A stretch of DNA of 64,000 bases from Octopus bimaculoides. Its lineage: Eukaryota. Positions 50,809 through 62,550 of this stretch are shown here, one piece after another. The notes below the pieces were generated by a model. That model made no database searches. It was not told where the DNA came from and saw only the letters and a list, made by a program, of their open reading frames with translations. A program made the translations under genes and the position numbers. Numbering within the stretch: position 1 is the stretch's first letter; the number at the start of each line of letters is the position of its first letter. Where the stretch lies: contig NC_068982.1 of NCBI RefSeq assembly GCF_001194135.2, positions 38,240,868 to 38,304,867 of the forward strand, given 5' to 3'.

Positions 50809-51661
50809 ACCATGCTCTAAGATATGTAGCCTGCAATGATATTGCTGCACATTATCTTTTTGCCTATTATACACACACATATACATGTATGAATAATTGT
50901 GTGAGTGAGTGTTTACATTCTGCAAGCTTCATATGCAAATCTACTGACTGCAAGCAATAAAGTTTGCTGTCATTTCTCAATCGACAAATCATCTGGTGGC
51001 TCTGCTGTGTTGAAGGTGTGTGGAATAAGAGATCACTTGCTCGAAAAAGAAGTAAGGGATTAGTAAAAAGAAGGGCATCTGACTATGAAAACAATCTCTC
51101 CATAATATATATTCATTTAACCCATGCTAGCTGGGGAAAACATAAAAGTGAATGAACAAATGTTACACACAGTCACTCAATCAATCCATCAACCAAACAA
51201 AGACAAAAGCAATGAAAAAAGAGGCACTTAATTCTTTGATGGTTGGAAATGTATGCAAAGATTATTGATATGCAAATGATGGCAGTGGTGGTGATGTTAT
51301 CAATTTACAATGAGTATGAATTATGCTAAATAAACTGTTTAATTCCTGAAATTTGACATATGTGAGGAGTTGAATTTGATCTGTTGAATGTTTGGTGAAA
51401 CCAAATAATTGGAAAATTGCAACGTATACTTCACAAGTTTTATATCTGCTTTGATATCATTTAAACACATTTGGCTGTGTGGTGATGAAGACCACTTCAT
51501 TGCCACATGGTTTTGGGTTCCCTCCCACTGCATGGCACCTTAGTATCTCTACCATAACCTCAGGATGACTTATGAATAAGGATTTATGAATGAAATGCTG
51601 GTCAACAGAAAATATACAGAATCCACTGCTTTTCTTTCTTTTTCTGTTTATTTGTGTGCAC

Positions 51662-51709
<48 letters not shown>

Positions 51710-52041
51710 CAGGTCACTTTTAGTGCTACTGGTAACATGTCATCCAGTACAACCTGTTGCATGGTTGGGCTGTCAGCAACTGACCCAGTAACCCTACCAA
51801 ATTTTTTCGCTTTATTTCTAGCCCCAAATGGCTTGTTTTTATATCTAGCACTATGCCTTTCTTTATTTCTAAGTAAAGGGTAAAAATAAAGCAACCCTGC
51901 AAAACTTACAACTGATCTTTACACACAGAAACACACAATAATAGCAATCAAATAATGAAAGTGGAATGCACAACAAACATCACTGATCTGACTATCGCCT
52001 GTATTCTTGACAAGAGATGCCAGTTAATCTTTTACACCTAC

Positions 52042-52119
52042 CAGGTTCATTCGTATTAGCCTGAGTTGCTCGATAATTTTTCGTTCCTTTAAGAATATTG
52101 TAGAACGGAAACTTTTCAT
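52042..52119 (-). CDS. Candidate first coding exon of the TBC1D2B-like gene (MKSFRSTIFLKERKIIEQLRLIRMNL)
   Basis: ATG at 52119-52117 with an in-frame TAA two codons upstream. 26 open codons end at CTG|GTAGGT in phase 0, matching the phase-0 acceptor of exon 44252. The region is locally richer in CpG. No homology support, so it may instead be 5'UTR. Confidence 0.4.
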
Positions 52120-52420
52120 AGATTAGAATTTAAATCTTAATCTCTATAGAAATTTATTGTTTCAAGAAAAAATTGAATTTGAATTACTTTTAATTTTTAC
52201 GATTATAGATAGCAACTCAGTTTGTAACTTCTGAGCCCAAGTTAGGCATGTGAGAACAATATCAAGAGAACGTCTGCTATGAATGATATTTTTTGACACA
52301 GGGCACCTCTAAGACGACTGCCAGACACTGAATGAAAATAAATAAACTGCAACCAGGTTTAATAAAAGGAGCCGGAGTTATTGGCTGTAATTACATACTT
52401 GAAGTCAGTGTTGACAGAAA
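52120..52420 (-). promoter_or_regulatory. Candidate promoter/5'UTR region of the TBC gene
   Basis: Unique sequence with more CpG than its surroundings. CCAAT on the minus strand (ATTGG at 52380-52384). Lies just upstream of the candidate first exon. Confidence 0.25.
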
Positions 52421-52500
52421 TTAAATCAACTTGCAAATACATGTTCACGTTACTAAATTTATACTTGGGCTAAGCCCGAACAGCCCAAGTGCCAGAGTTG

Positions 52501-52550
<50 letters not shown>

Positions 52551-52564
52551 ACACACACACATAT

Positions 52565-53730
52565 AAACACTTCCTTGACCTTTGGCTTGACACTCAACCT
52601 GACACCACCACACTTCTTCATCTGGCTGAACTTGTCCTCTCTCTCAACCGCTTCTCATTTGTGGAAGAGTTTTACCAATAGGTCTCAGGAGTGGCATTGG
52701 GAATGAGATTGAGCCCCAACTGTGTGAACCTGTTCGTTGGCCATGTTGAGGCCCAAATATTCTCACAATTCACTGGTCCCACTCCTGAGCTATAGTCATT
52801 ATAGCAGTGACTGTATCAGCACAACCTCACTCTCCTACGAACATCTGGACTCCTTCCTCTCCTTTGTCCAATCCTTCCATCCTGCCCTTGAATTCTCCTG
52901 TACTATATTTAACTCCTTTGTCAAATTTCTCGACATTTCCGTCAGCATACACCACTCCACTCTCCTACCTTCATCCACTACAAACTCACTGACTCACACT
53001 CCTACCTTAACTTGTCCTCCTCCTACCCTACTCACACCAAGCTCTCCAACCCCTACTCCTAATTCCTTCATCTATGCAGGCTCTGCAGTGACAACAATGA
53101 CTTTGAGACTCAGTCTCAACTCATGGCTTGCTGCTTCATCCTACATGGATATCTCCTCACCACACTGCTCTTGCCCGGGCACAATCTGTGGACCATGTCT
53201 CTGCTCTTTCTCCTCGCACCCTCCCAACCCTTACTCATCTCCCATTTCTCCTTACCTACCCTCCAGTGCACTATTCTCTGAGTTTTCAGGCAACTCCAGT
53301 CTGACCCCCTCCACCTTGCACATCTTCCCTAACCTGCCACTTCCCTCCTTCAAATGAGCTCATAACCTGCATGACCTCCTGGTCCACAGTTTCTTCCCTA
53401 CCCCTGCCTCCCAGCCTGGCTCCTTCCCTTGCTCCAGCCCCTACCGCATCTTCACTGGCACTCATCACCATCCCTTTCACATCACTGACTCCTTTACCTG
53501 CACCTCTAGTAATGTTATTTACTGCACCTGTTGCTCTTTCTGTCCTTCCCTGTACATTGGTCACTGGGACACTGCTTGGCTGACCAGTTCATGGAGCACC
53601 TCTGCTGGTCATTCGCTACAACAGCTGTCTGCGTTTGGACTGTCTCTACACAGGGGCCACCCAGGCTCCTGTCTTTGTCGTGAGCAGGAATTAATCTTCT
53701 CTCTTTGTTCCTTTGCACCATATGGGCTCA
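52565..53730 (+). mobile_element. Penelope-like element remnant (RT plus GIY-YIG endonuclease)
   Basis: FYQ*VSGVALGMRLSPN..NLFVG.VE and FLDISV (RT); FTCTSSNVIYCTCCSFCPSLYIG (GIY-YIG); EQELIFS terminus. Many frameshifts. Confidence 0.85.
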
Positions 53731-56324
53731 ACTCACTACCTCTCTACATCTGACACCAACCCCACATGGATTCCCACACATCTCCCACATCCAACTGCTC
53801 CCCTCCAGCAAACCTGCAAACCTTCTACCTTGGTACCCTTACCACACACACATCACTATACAAACACCCATACACACTGTTCAACTCATTACTCACTTCA
53901 CACGCCATTACACACACAACCACAAACACCTTTCCACTCCACACACACTAGCACCAGACACTTCTCAGCACCTACACCACACATCACACACCATTATCCA
54001 CACACCCACACTCAATCTTCAATAGCGTCAGCACACATACCACTATACGAGCAACCACACACACATTGTTTAACTCAGTACACACACCACACACCATCAT
54101 GCACACTCCTACACCCACACAAGCACATAATACCTGAACACAGACAATATATATACACACATGCAACATGCATAAACATACGCAACACACGTAAACACAT
54201 GCAACACGCATAGACAAAGATTAACTTTTGCCCACAAACATACACTATACACATGTACACTATTCTGTCACAGACACACACACATACACATGTGCACACA
54301 TCACCTGAACAAGCACACATCAACTGCTACAGATAACACATGCACAGACACACATTAGACTCACTCACCCCCATTCACACCCACACCCACCCACACACAC
54401 ATAATTTTTTCTGTGTAGTGGATTTAGAGAATGGTAAAAATACCTTGTGGAATTGTAGGTTGTGTATCTTTACAGCCTGAATCCCATCTAAATCAACTAT
54501 GCTTTTCCATAATCCAAACTTGATAAAATGGGTACTATGCAAAAATACTGAGGTCAATGACCTCTACAAAATCATTCAAATGTGTTACCCCAGCTTAGTG
54601 ACAATCAAATGAGAAGGAAACTAGTGAAGGAGTAACTGAATACACTGGAAAATAAAATGTTGAATACAGAATATAATTCTAAAGCAGGAACATAACCATT
54701 TTGTGGAATCAAGTTACTACTAAAAAGTTTTGTTTTGTTTAAGCAAATTTGACTGCAATGTATATTTAGCTGCTATTGCTACCACATCAAGCAACTGTAT
54801 AGAGACTCCTTTGTTAATTTATTTGTTGTGATTCATAGCAGAGAGATTAGGGGTTAGGTAAGACTGGCATAATCTACAATGGATCGAATATATCATTTGT
54901 ATGCTGTATTTTTTGTTTATGTAGGTCCAGTGTGGTGTGTGTTAGTACTCTTAGTGCATTTATGCATTGTTTTGCTACATCTAGAGCTTTATTGCATTGA
55001 TACATAGTTTAAAGAAACTAAGAGAGATGAAAATTTATGTTAACTTCACTGTCGTCTTCTACTCAGATCGGTTTATTCAAGGCTTGTCGCCAAAGTGCAT
55101 TCATTCTAGCACCCTCAACTCTGCCTCAGTACAACTGCAATGCATGTATCCTATGTTATCATGTATTCAACTCAGTTTAACTCAGCGAAACTTATTGTGG
55201 TTGTATTTAAACATCTATTTTTTTATTTTTAACCTGCAATTTTCATGTTAGAAAATGATAGCTGCTTTTGTGAATTTTAGAGATTTGTAGAAGTTTTTGA
55301 GTGAATACCTTTGTGTGACTAATCACACAGCATTGAAGTTTCAATGCTTGTTTTTCAGAATAATGTGCTTTGTTTCAGGAAATGAAATACAACACTTGTT
55401 AATTTCAGTGATATTAATTTATTATTGTAGAAGGGGAAAAGGGTTAAATGAATAATCTAGTGAATTATAAATCATGAGTTAGAGGTTCATATCTGCTGCA
55501 GAAATATCGATGTGTATGTAGTGAAACCTCTCGAAAGGTGATAGAGAGAGACTAATGTCTCTATTACAACTATCAACTTTTACATATATAAAACAATATT
55601 TTAATGAGTTTATGAAAAAATATTAGCTAACTGGTTAATTACATCACCAGTACCAGTTTTGGCAATGGGTTTATTGTATACAGTGCTCAGGGGTACTACA
55701 GCTCATTGGAAAAGAGTAAAAAGAAGGGACAGAAAATAGCCAAAAGTCAAATAAGGAAAGATAGCAATGGTAGCCAAAATTGCATGCACAGTACATGGAA
55801 TAAAACATAAAAAGACAGAGAAAATGAACAATAAAAGAGGAAAGGTGTCCAGGCATGTCAAGAGTAGTGTTGAAAAACTTTGGGGCGAATGGAATTTTTG
55901 AAGGATACAGTATTCTGAAAGCTAACAGCCAATGTGGGTAGTTTATTCCATATTTGAACAATTCTGGGTATGAAAAATGTTTCAAAACGTCAACAGTGCA
56001 GTACTGTTTTCTGTCCATGATATTTATATGTATAAGTATATATAGTGGTTTCAAATTTTGGCACAAGGCCAGCAATTTTGGGGGAGTAATAAGTCGATTA
56101 CATCGATCCAAATGCTCAACTGCTATTTATTTCATCGATCCTGAAAAGATGAAAGGCAAAGTTGACCTTGGTGGAATTTGAACTCAGAGTATTAAGATGG
56201 ATGAAACACTGCCAAGCATTCTGTCCAGTGTGATAACAATTCTGCCAGTTTGCTACCTTTATAAGTATATATATTAATTATACATATATAAGAACACTTA
56301 GCTGTGGAGAATAGGTAATGAGAT

Positions 56325-56815
56325 GAGGTGGTGAAGTATGATCTTTGAACATTGGGTCTCATGGAGGCAATGACTAGTGACCAAGACCTTTGGTGACATG
56401 CCATGCTTGAGAAGACCTGTCAAGCCAAGTGAAATTATAGTTGTGGCAGTTGTCAGTGTCATGTAACTGGAACCCATGCCGGTGGCATGTAAAAAGCATC
56501 TTTCGAATATTGAACCTCGTGGAGGCAATGAGAGATGACTGAAACTTTTGGCAATATGCTGTACTTCAGAAGAAGACCCATCAAGCCAAATGAAATCATA
56601 GTTGTGGCAGATACTGGTGTCAAGCAGTAGGCACCCATGCCAGTGGCATGTAAAAGCACCCATTACACTCTCAGAATGGTTGGTGTTAGGAAGGGTATCC
56701 AACCATATAAACCATGCCAAGTCAGATGAGTCTGGTGCAACCCCTCAGCTTACCACAAGTCAAACCATCCAACCCATGCCAGTATGGACAACAGACCTTA
56801 AATGATGATGATGAT
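56325..56815 (+). mobile_element. RTE 3'UTR and tail fragment
   Basis: GAGGTGGTGAAGTATGATCTTTGAACATTGGG and internal repeats as at 23420-24000. Ends in GATGATGATGAT. Confidence 0.75.
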
Positions 56816-57924
56816 TACTGTAAATGTTGCTTATGATGAACTGGTGTCCTATCTAAAGGAAAACTTATTTTGGATTTGCTTAATTGAACAAACCTCAGAG
56901 CTAAGCATTAACTTTCATGATCCTAAAGTTTCTGGATGTTATTTTTAAACCTATATACTATAAGTCATCACAAAATCCAGTCCTTGTTGCAATGTGATGG
57001 CTTGTATACCTCACTGACCCCAAGAGCTATGCCAGCAAAGTGCAAGCTCTTGGTAGGGCTCTCATATTAGACAGGTCACAAAACAGAGGCCAGACTAATG
57101 TGGTCCACCTCATATCAAAGGTAAAAAAAAGGTGACTGCATAGGGTCAATATCCCCACCTAGAAAAAAGCAATGTTACAGAAGCATCAATAACAATTCAA
57201 AACCAACAGGATCTGGGAAAGGAAAGTCAGCCCAGAGTTGAGAATATTAAAGTCCTCGATGGCCAATGCTCTGTAGGGAGGGAAGGACTTAAGTAAAAGT
57301 ATTTACTAAAATGGATTTTATAAAGCTAACCAGTCATAATCACAATAAGATACTGTCAAAGCTAAAATTAGTTAATCATAAATTTTACAAGTGCAATATG
57401 TAAATATAAACAATCAAACGCACACATACCCACACATATTCACAGATTTACGATAGAAAAAAATTAGGAAATTAATCAAAGATAGCTAAAATTTGAAAAA
57501 GTTATGAATATTTTCTGTTTTTGACTGAAAATTATTTGTCAATTAATCTTTTACTTTCTGTATAAAATATAAATATAAGCAAAATAATAGCGTTACAATG
57601 TATATAGACAGTCCCAATCATATAAATGATACAATATATAGTAATTATAATATAATAACAATAGAGATAAAAAAATTGTTTCACTTACATTGTTTCTAAA
57701 AAGTTTTAAATGGTGAGAATGCTTTTAAAACTTTCTTCATTAACATCCATAAAATAAAGCTGTAACATACAAAACCTACGAAATGTCATAATTGTATTGA
57801 GGCTAAACTAGAACGTTTATAAAAATACAGAGATAGCCAGCTGTCTCAGATCCAACTATGAATCAATGTGAGAAATTAAGGCTGAAGTAACCTTTTCTTC
57901 CAACAACATGTCTTATTACTTAGA

Positions 57925-57935
57925 AGAGAGAGAAG

Positions 57936-58004
<69 letters not shown>

Positions 58005-58516
58005 NNNNNNNNNNNNNNNNNNNNNNNNNNNNNNNNNNNNNNNNNNNNNNNNNNNNNNNNNNNNNNNNNNNNNNNNNNNNNNNNNNNNNNNNNNNNNNNN
58101 NNNNNNNNNNNNNNNNNNNNNNNNNNNNNNNNNNNNNNNNNNNNNNNNNNNNNNNNNNNNNNNNNNNNNNNNNNNNNNNNNNNNNNNNNNNNNNNNNNNN
58201 NNNNNNNNNNNNNNNNNNNNNNNNNNNNNNNNNNNNNNNNNNNNNNNNNNNNNNNNNNNNNNNNNNNNNNNNNNNNNNNNNNNNNNNNNNNNNNNNNNNN
58301 NNNNNNNNNNNNNNNNNNNNNNNNNNNNNNNNNNNNNNNNNNNNNNNNNNNNNNNNNNNNNNNNNNNNNNNNNNNNNNNNNNNNNNNNNNNNNNNNNNNN
58401 NNNNNNNNNNNNNNNNNNNNNNNNNNNNNNNNNNNNNNNNNNNNNNNNNNNNNNNNNNNNNNNNNNNNNNNNNNNNNNNNNNNNNNNNNNNNNNNNNNNN
58501 NNNNNNNNNNNNNNNN

Positions 58517-58558
<42 letters not shown>

Positions 58559-58575
58559 GGAGAAAGAGAGAGAGT
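57925..58575. repeat. (GA)n microsatellite spanning a gap (others at 9450-9530, 11138-11199, 36703-36775)
   Basis: Read directly. Confidence 0.95.
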
Positions 58576-59420
58576 GTGAGAGTGTGTGTACTACTGTTCA
58601 CATGTTACTGATTTAAATGAAAATCTATCAAATACAACTACATACCCATACATACATACACATACATACAAACATACATACATACATACATATATACCTA
58701 CCTACCTACCTACATACATACATACATACATACATACATACATACATGCATGCATACATACATACATACATAGAAAAATACACACATATACACATACATA
58801 CATGTAAACACACATTCGTACATACATACATACATACATATGTACATAAATACATATATACATACAAACTCAAACATACTAACAATTATAAATAGATACA
58901 TGCATACCAGACATATGCAGAAAAACATGCATATGTGCATGTGTATATTGATGCATGTGTGTGTGCATGTGTGCACGTGCATATCTGAAACTTGATATTT
59001 TTTATAAATGACAAATTCTCTATCCTTTTTAGAGAAAATATCAGAAAACAATCTATTTTTTAAAAAACAGATATATGTTGAGAAATATTTCTGCTTTCAT
59101 AGTTAAAACCATATGTATTTATTGATCAATATCACTACTTATATACAAAATGATATTGATTTTAATTGTTTACATAAAGTGCAGTAAGGAGACAAGCATT
59201 TGCCACCAACTTTAGTGCTGAAAACTTAAATATAATGAATAAATTATATTTGCTTTTTAAAACGTCAAGCATAAATAATTTTTTATGATAGCATTCATAA
59301 TCATCATCATCATCATCGTTTTAATGTCCACTTTTCCATGCATGCATGATTGTGATCGTTGCTTACAATCACTGTGTTGTCAAGGCAAGGAGATAACACA
59401 CATACACACATGCATACGCT

Positions 59421-59459
<39 letters not shown>

Positions 59460-59516
59460 ATTTATATTTTTGTACACACACACATATGTACATACATACC
59501 GTTATACATATATACA

Positions 59517-59580
<64 letters not shown>

Positions 59581-59589
59581 GCATACTCG

Positions 59590-59879
59590 ACAGTGTGCAT
59601 ACTCGACAGAGTGTAAGTACCTTGAGAGAAAAGTTGGACCTAAGAAGCATCAGTTGTGGTGTGCAAGAGAGACGATTGCGCTGGTATGGTCACTTGGCGA
59701 GAATGGATGAGGATAGCTGTGTGAAAAAGTACCACAGCCTAGCAGTTGAGGGTATCTGTGGAAGAGGTAGACCCAGGAAGACCTGGTATGAAGTGGTGAA
59801 GCACGACCTTCGAACATTAGGCCTCACCGAGGCAATGACTAGTGACCAAGACCTGTGGAAATATGCTGTGCATGAGAAG
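59590..59879 (+). mobile_element. RTE LINE C-terminal fragment
   Basis: RQSVSTLREKLDLRSISCGVQERRLRWYGHLARMDEDSCVKK...RGRPRKTW; runs into a gap. Confidence 0.85.
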
Positions 59880-60665
59880 NNNNNNNNNNNNNNNNNNNNN
59901 NNNNNNNNNNNNNNNNNNNNNNNNNNNNNNNNNNNNNNNNNNNNNNNNNNNNNNNNNNNNNNNNNNNNNNNNNNNNNNNNNNNNNNNNNNNNNNNNNNNN
60001 NNNNNNNNNNNNNNNNNNNNNNNNNNNNNNNNNNNNNNNNNNNNNNNNNNNNNNNNNNNNNNNNNNNNNNNNNNNNNNNNNNNNNNNNNNNNNNNNNNNN
60101 NNNNNNNNNNNNNNNNNNNNNNNNNNNNNNNNNNNNNNNNNNNNNNNNNNNNNNNNNNNNNNNNNNNNNNNNNNNNNNNNNNNNNNNNNNNNNNNNNNNN
60201 NNNNNNNNNNNNNNNNNNNNNNNNNNNNNNNNNNNNNNNNNNNNNNNNNNNNNNNNNNNNNNNNNNNNNNNNNNNNNNNNNNNNNNNNNNNNNNNNNNNN
60301 NNNNNNNNNNNNNNNNNNNNNNNNNNNNNNNNNNNNNNNNNNNNNNNNNNNNNNNNNNNNNNNNNNNNNNNNNNNNNNNNNNNNNNNNNNNNNNNNNNNN
60401 NNNNNNNNNNNNNNNNNNNNNNNNNNNNNNNNNNNNNNNNNNNNNNNNNNNNNNNNNNNNNNNNNNNNNNNNNNNNNNNNNNNNNNNNNNNNNNNNNNNN
60501 NNNNNNNNNNNNNNNNNNNNNNNNNNNNNNNNNNNNNNNNNNNNNNNNNNNNNNNNNNNNNNNNNNNNNNNNNNNNNNNNATATATATATATATAAATAA
60601 ATAATCATGTATAGAAAATCATGATTCCAGAATAGAAGCACACTCTAAGATGTAGACAGTTAATA

Positions 60666-60800
60666 TTATAATGGGGAGGCTGGTTATTTTGATGAGGTCC
60701 TGGGTCAACAGGTTTGGGGTCTGAGGGTACGCTGTAAGGCCAAACTCCTTATGGATGAGAAACCCAGGGTAACCCCATAAACCAACCTCCCCCATTATAA
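60666..60800. mobile_element. 135-bp fold-back MITE with TA flanks
   Basis: TTATAATGGGGAGGCTGGTT vs AACCAACCTCCCCCATTATAA; TA on both sides. Confidence 0.75.
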
Positions 60801-60839
60801 TATACATATATATATATATATATACACAATATATATATA

Positions 60840-60887
<48 letters not shown>

Positions 60888-61221
60888 CACACACACAAAC
60901 ACACCTAGCTTCTTTCAGCTTCTGTGTACCAAATCCTCTCACAAGGTTACAGTCAGTCCAGGGCTATAGTAGAAGACACTTAGCCAAGGTGCCATGTAGT
61001 GAGTCTAAACCCAAAATCATGTGGTTGGGAAGTAAACTTTTCACAATAGCTCAGCCATGCCTGTGTCATTATGTTGACAAATTTAATGTGACATATTGCT
61101 TTCCTGGTTTTGAGGATGCTTCAATCTTGAAGATGCGCCCTAATTTTAGCATGAAAATTTTGAAATGAAAATAAACATTATTTACCAAGATATCTCTGTT
61201 AATGGTTTGGTGGCATATATA

Positions 61222-61677
61222 TCTTATTTCTTTATTGCCCACAAGAAGCTAAACATAGAGGGGACAAACAAGGACAGACAAAGGGATTAAGTCAATTGCA
61301 TCAACCCCAGTGCGTAACTGGTACTTAATTTATCAACCCCCGAAAGGATGAAAGGCAAAGTCGACCATGGCAGAATTTGAACTCAGAACGTAATGGCAAA
61401 TGAAATACTGCTAAGCATTTCGCCCGGTGTGCTAACGTTGCTTATTTCTTTATTGCCCACAAGGGGCTAAACATAGAGGGAACAAACAAGGACAGACAAA
61501 GGGATTAAGTTGATTACATCAACCCCAGTGCGTAACTGGTACTTAATTTATCAACCCCCGAAAGGATGAAAGGCAAAGTTGACCTCGGCGGAATTTGAAC
61601 TCAGAACATAACGGCAGACGAAATACCGTTAAGCATTTCGCCTGGCGTGCTAACGTTTCTGCCAGCTCGCCGCCTTC
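61222..61677 (-). mobile_element. SINE family B head-to-tail dimer (other copies: 1061-1275 +, 5969-6163 -, 6191-6300 +, 8808-9085 -, 20700-20902 -, 20962-21162 -, 31205-31360 +, 56045-56255 -, 62692-62865 +, 63108-63320 +)
   Basis: Head GGCGGCGAGCTGGCAGAAACGTTAGC, B-box-like GAGTTCAAATTCC, core TTTGCCTTTCATCCTTTCGGGG; CpG-rich and therefore young. Confidence 0.88.
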
Positions 61678-62251
61678 ATATATATATCTTGTTGATTACT
61701 TATACCAGTCATGGACAAATTGCAACCTTCAACTTCAGAACACTACTATCCATAGGACGTCCTGAATGGCACACCTAACAAAAAATTACCTTGAATATTT
61801 TAATAGTATGGCCCACCTGATGATGAGTCATGCCCCATGTAAAAAAAAACAAAAAAAACATTAACCTTGCCTGATTGTGGCATGCATTGTTTCTTCCTCT
61901 TTTACAGTATAGGAATCCATAGGCAACCTACCTCAGGGCTTATGAAAATTGTAAGCTTTCTCCTTTAGGAAGCACAGTAAATTTTCAAGACTTATTTTAA
62001 GGAACAAAAAAGTAGCATCATGGATGCAAAGAAAAGTGGTACATAAAATATCATATAGTTATTTTTATGAATGTTTAGACAAAAGGGAAATAATGCCACA
62101 AGTTAAGGCTAGCTTATAAGAATGATTGCAGACTTGTTCAATACAACTTTTAGTCTTTACCTTATAACTGAAATTCTTATTTTTAAAAATACTATAAACA
62201 TCTATGATCAGGGCAATGCACAAGAATATACTTGTTATACCATTAGCATGT

Positions 62252-62550
62252 GAAGGCATGTGGCTTAGTGGTTATGGTATTTGGCTCATGATTATAAGGT
62301 CATGAGTCAATTCCTGGTGATATGCTGTGTCCTTGAGCAAGACACTTTATTTCATGTTGTTCCAGTCCACTCAACTGGCAAAAATGAGTAGTACCTGTAT
62401 TTCAAAGGGCCAGCCTTGTCACACTCTGTGCCATGCCGAATCTCCCTGTGAACTACATCGAGAGTACATGAGTCAATGGAGCACTCATCCACATGCATGA
62501 GCAGGCTGTTAGTTTTATGAGCAGGCTGTTCTATTGATCAGATCAACTGG
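62252..62550 (+). mobile_element. tRNA-headed SINE with TGTCCTTGAGCAAGACACTT central motif (partial reverse copies at about 30200-30330 and 63450-63610)
   Basis: GGCATGTGGCTTAGTGGTTA head; central motif of the kind conserved in CORE/V-type SINE superfamilies. Confidence 0.65.
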
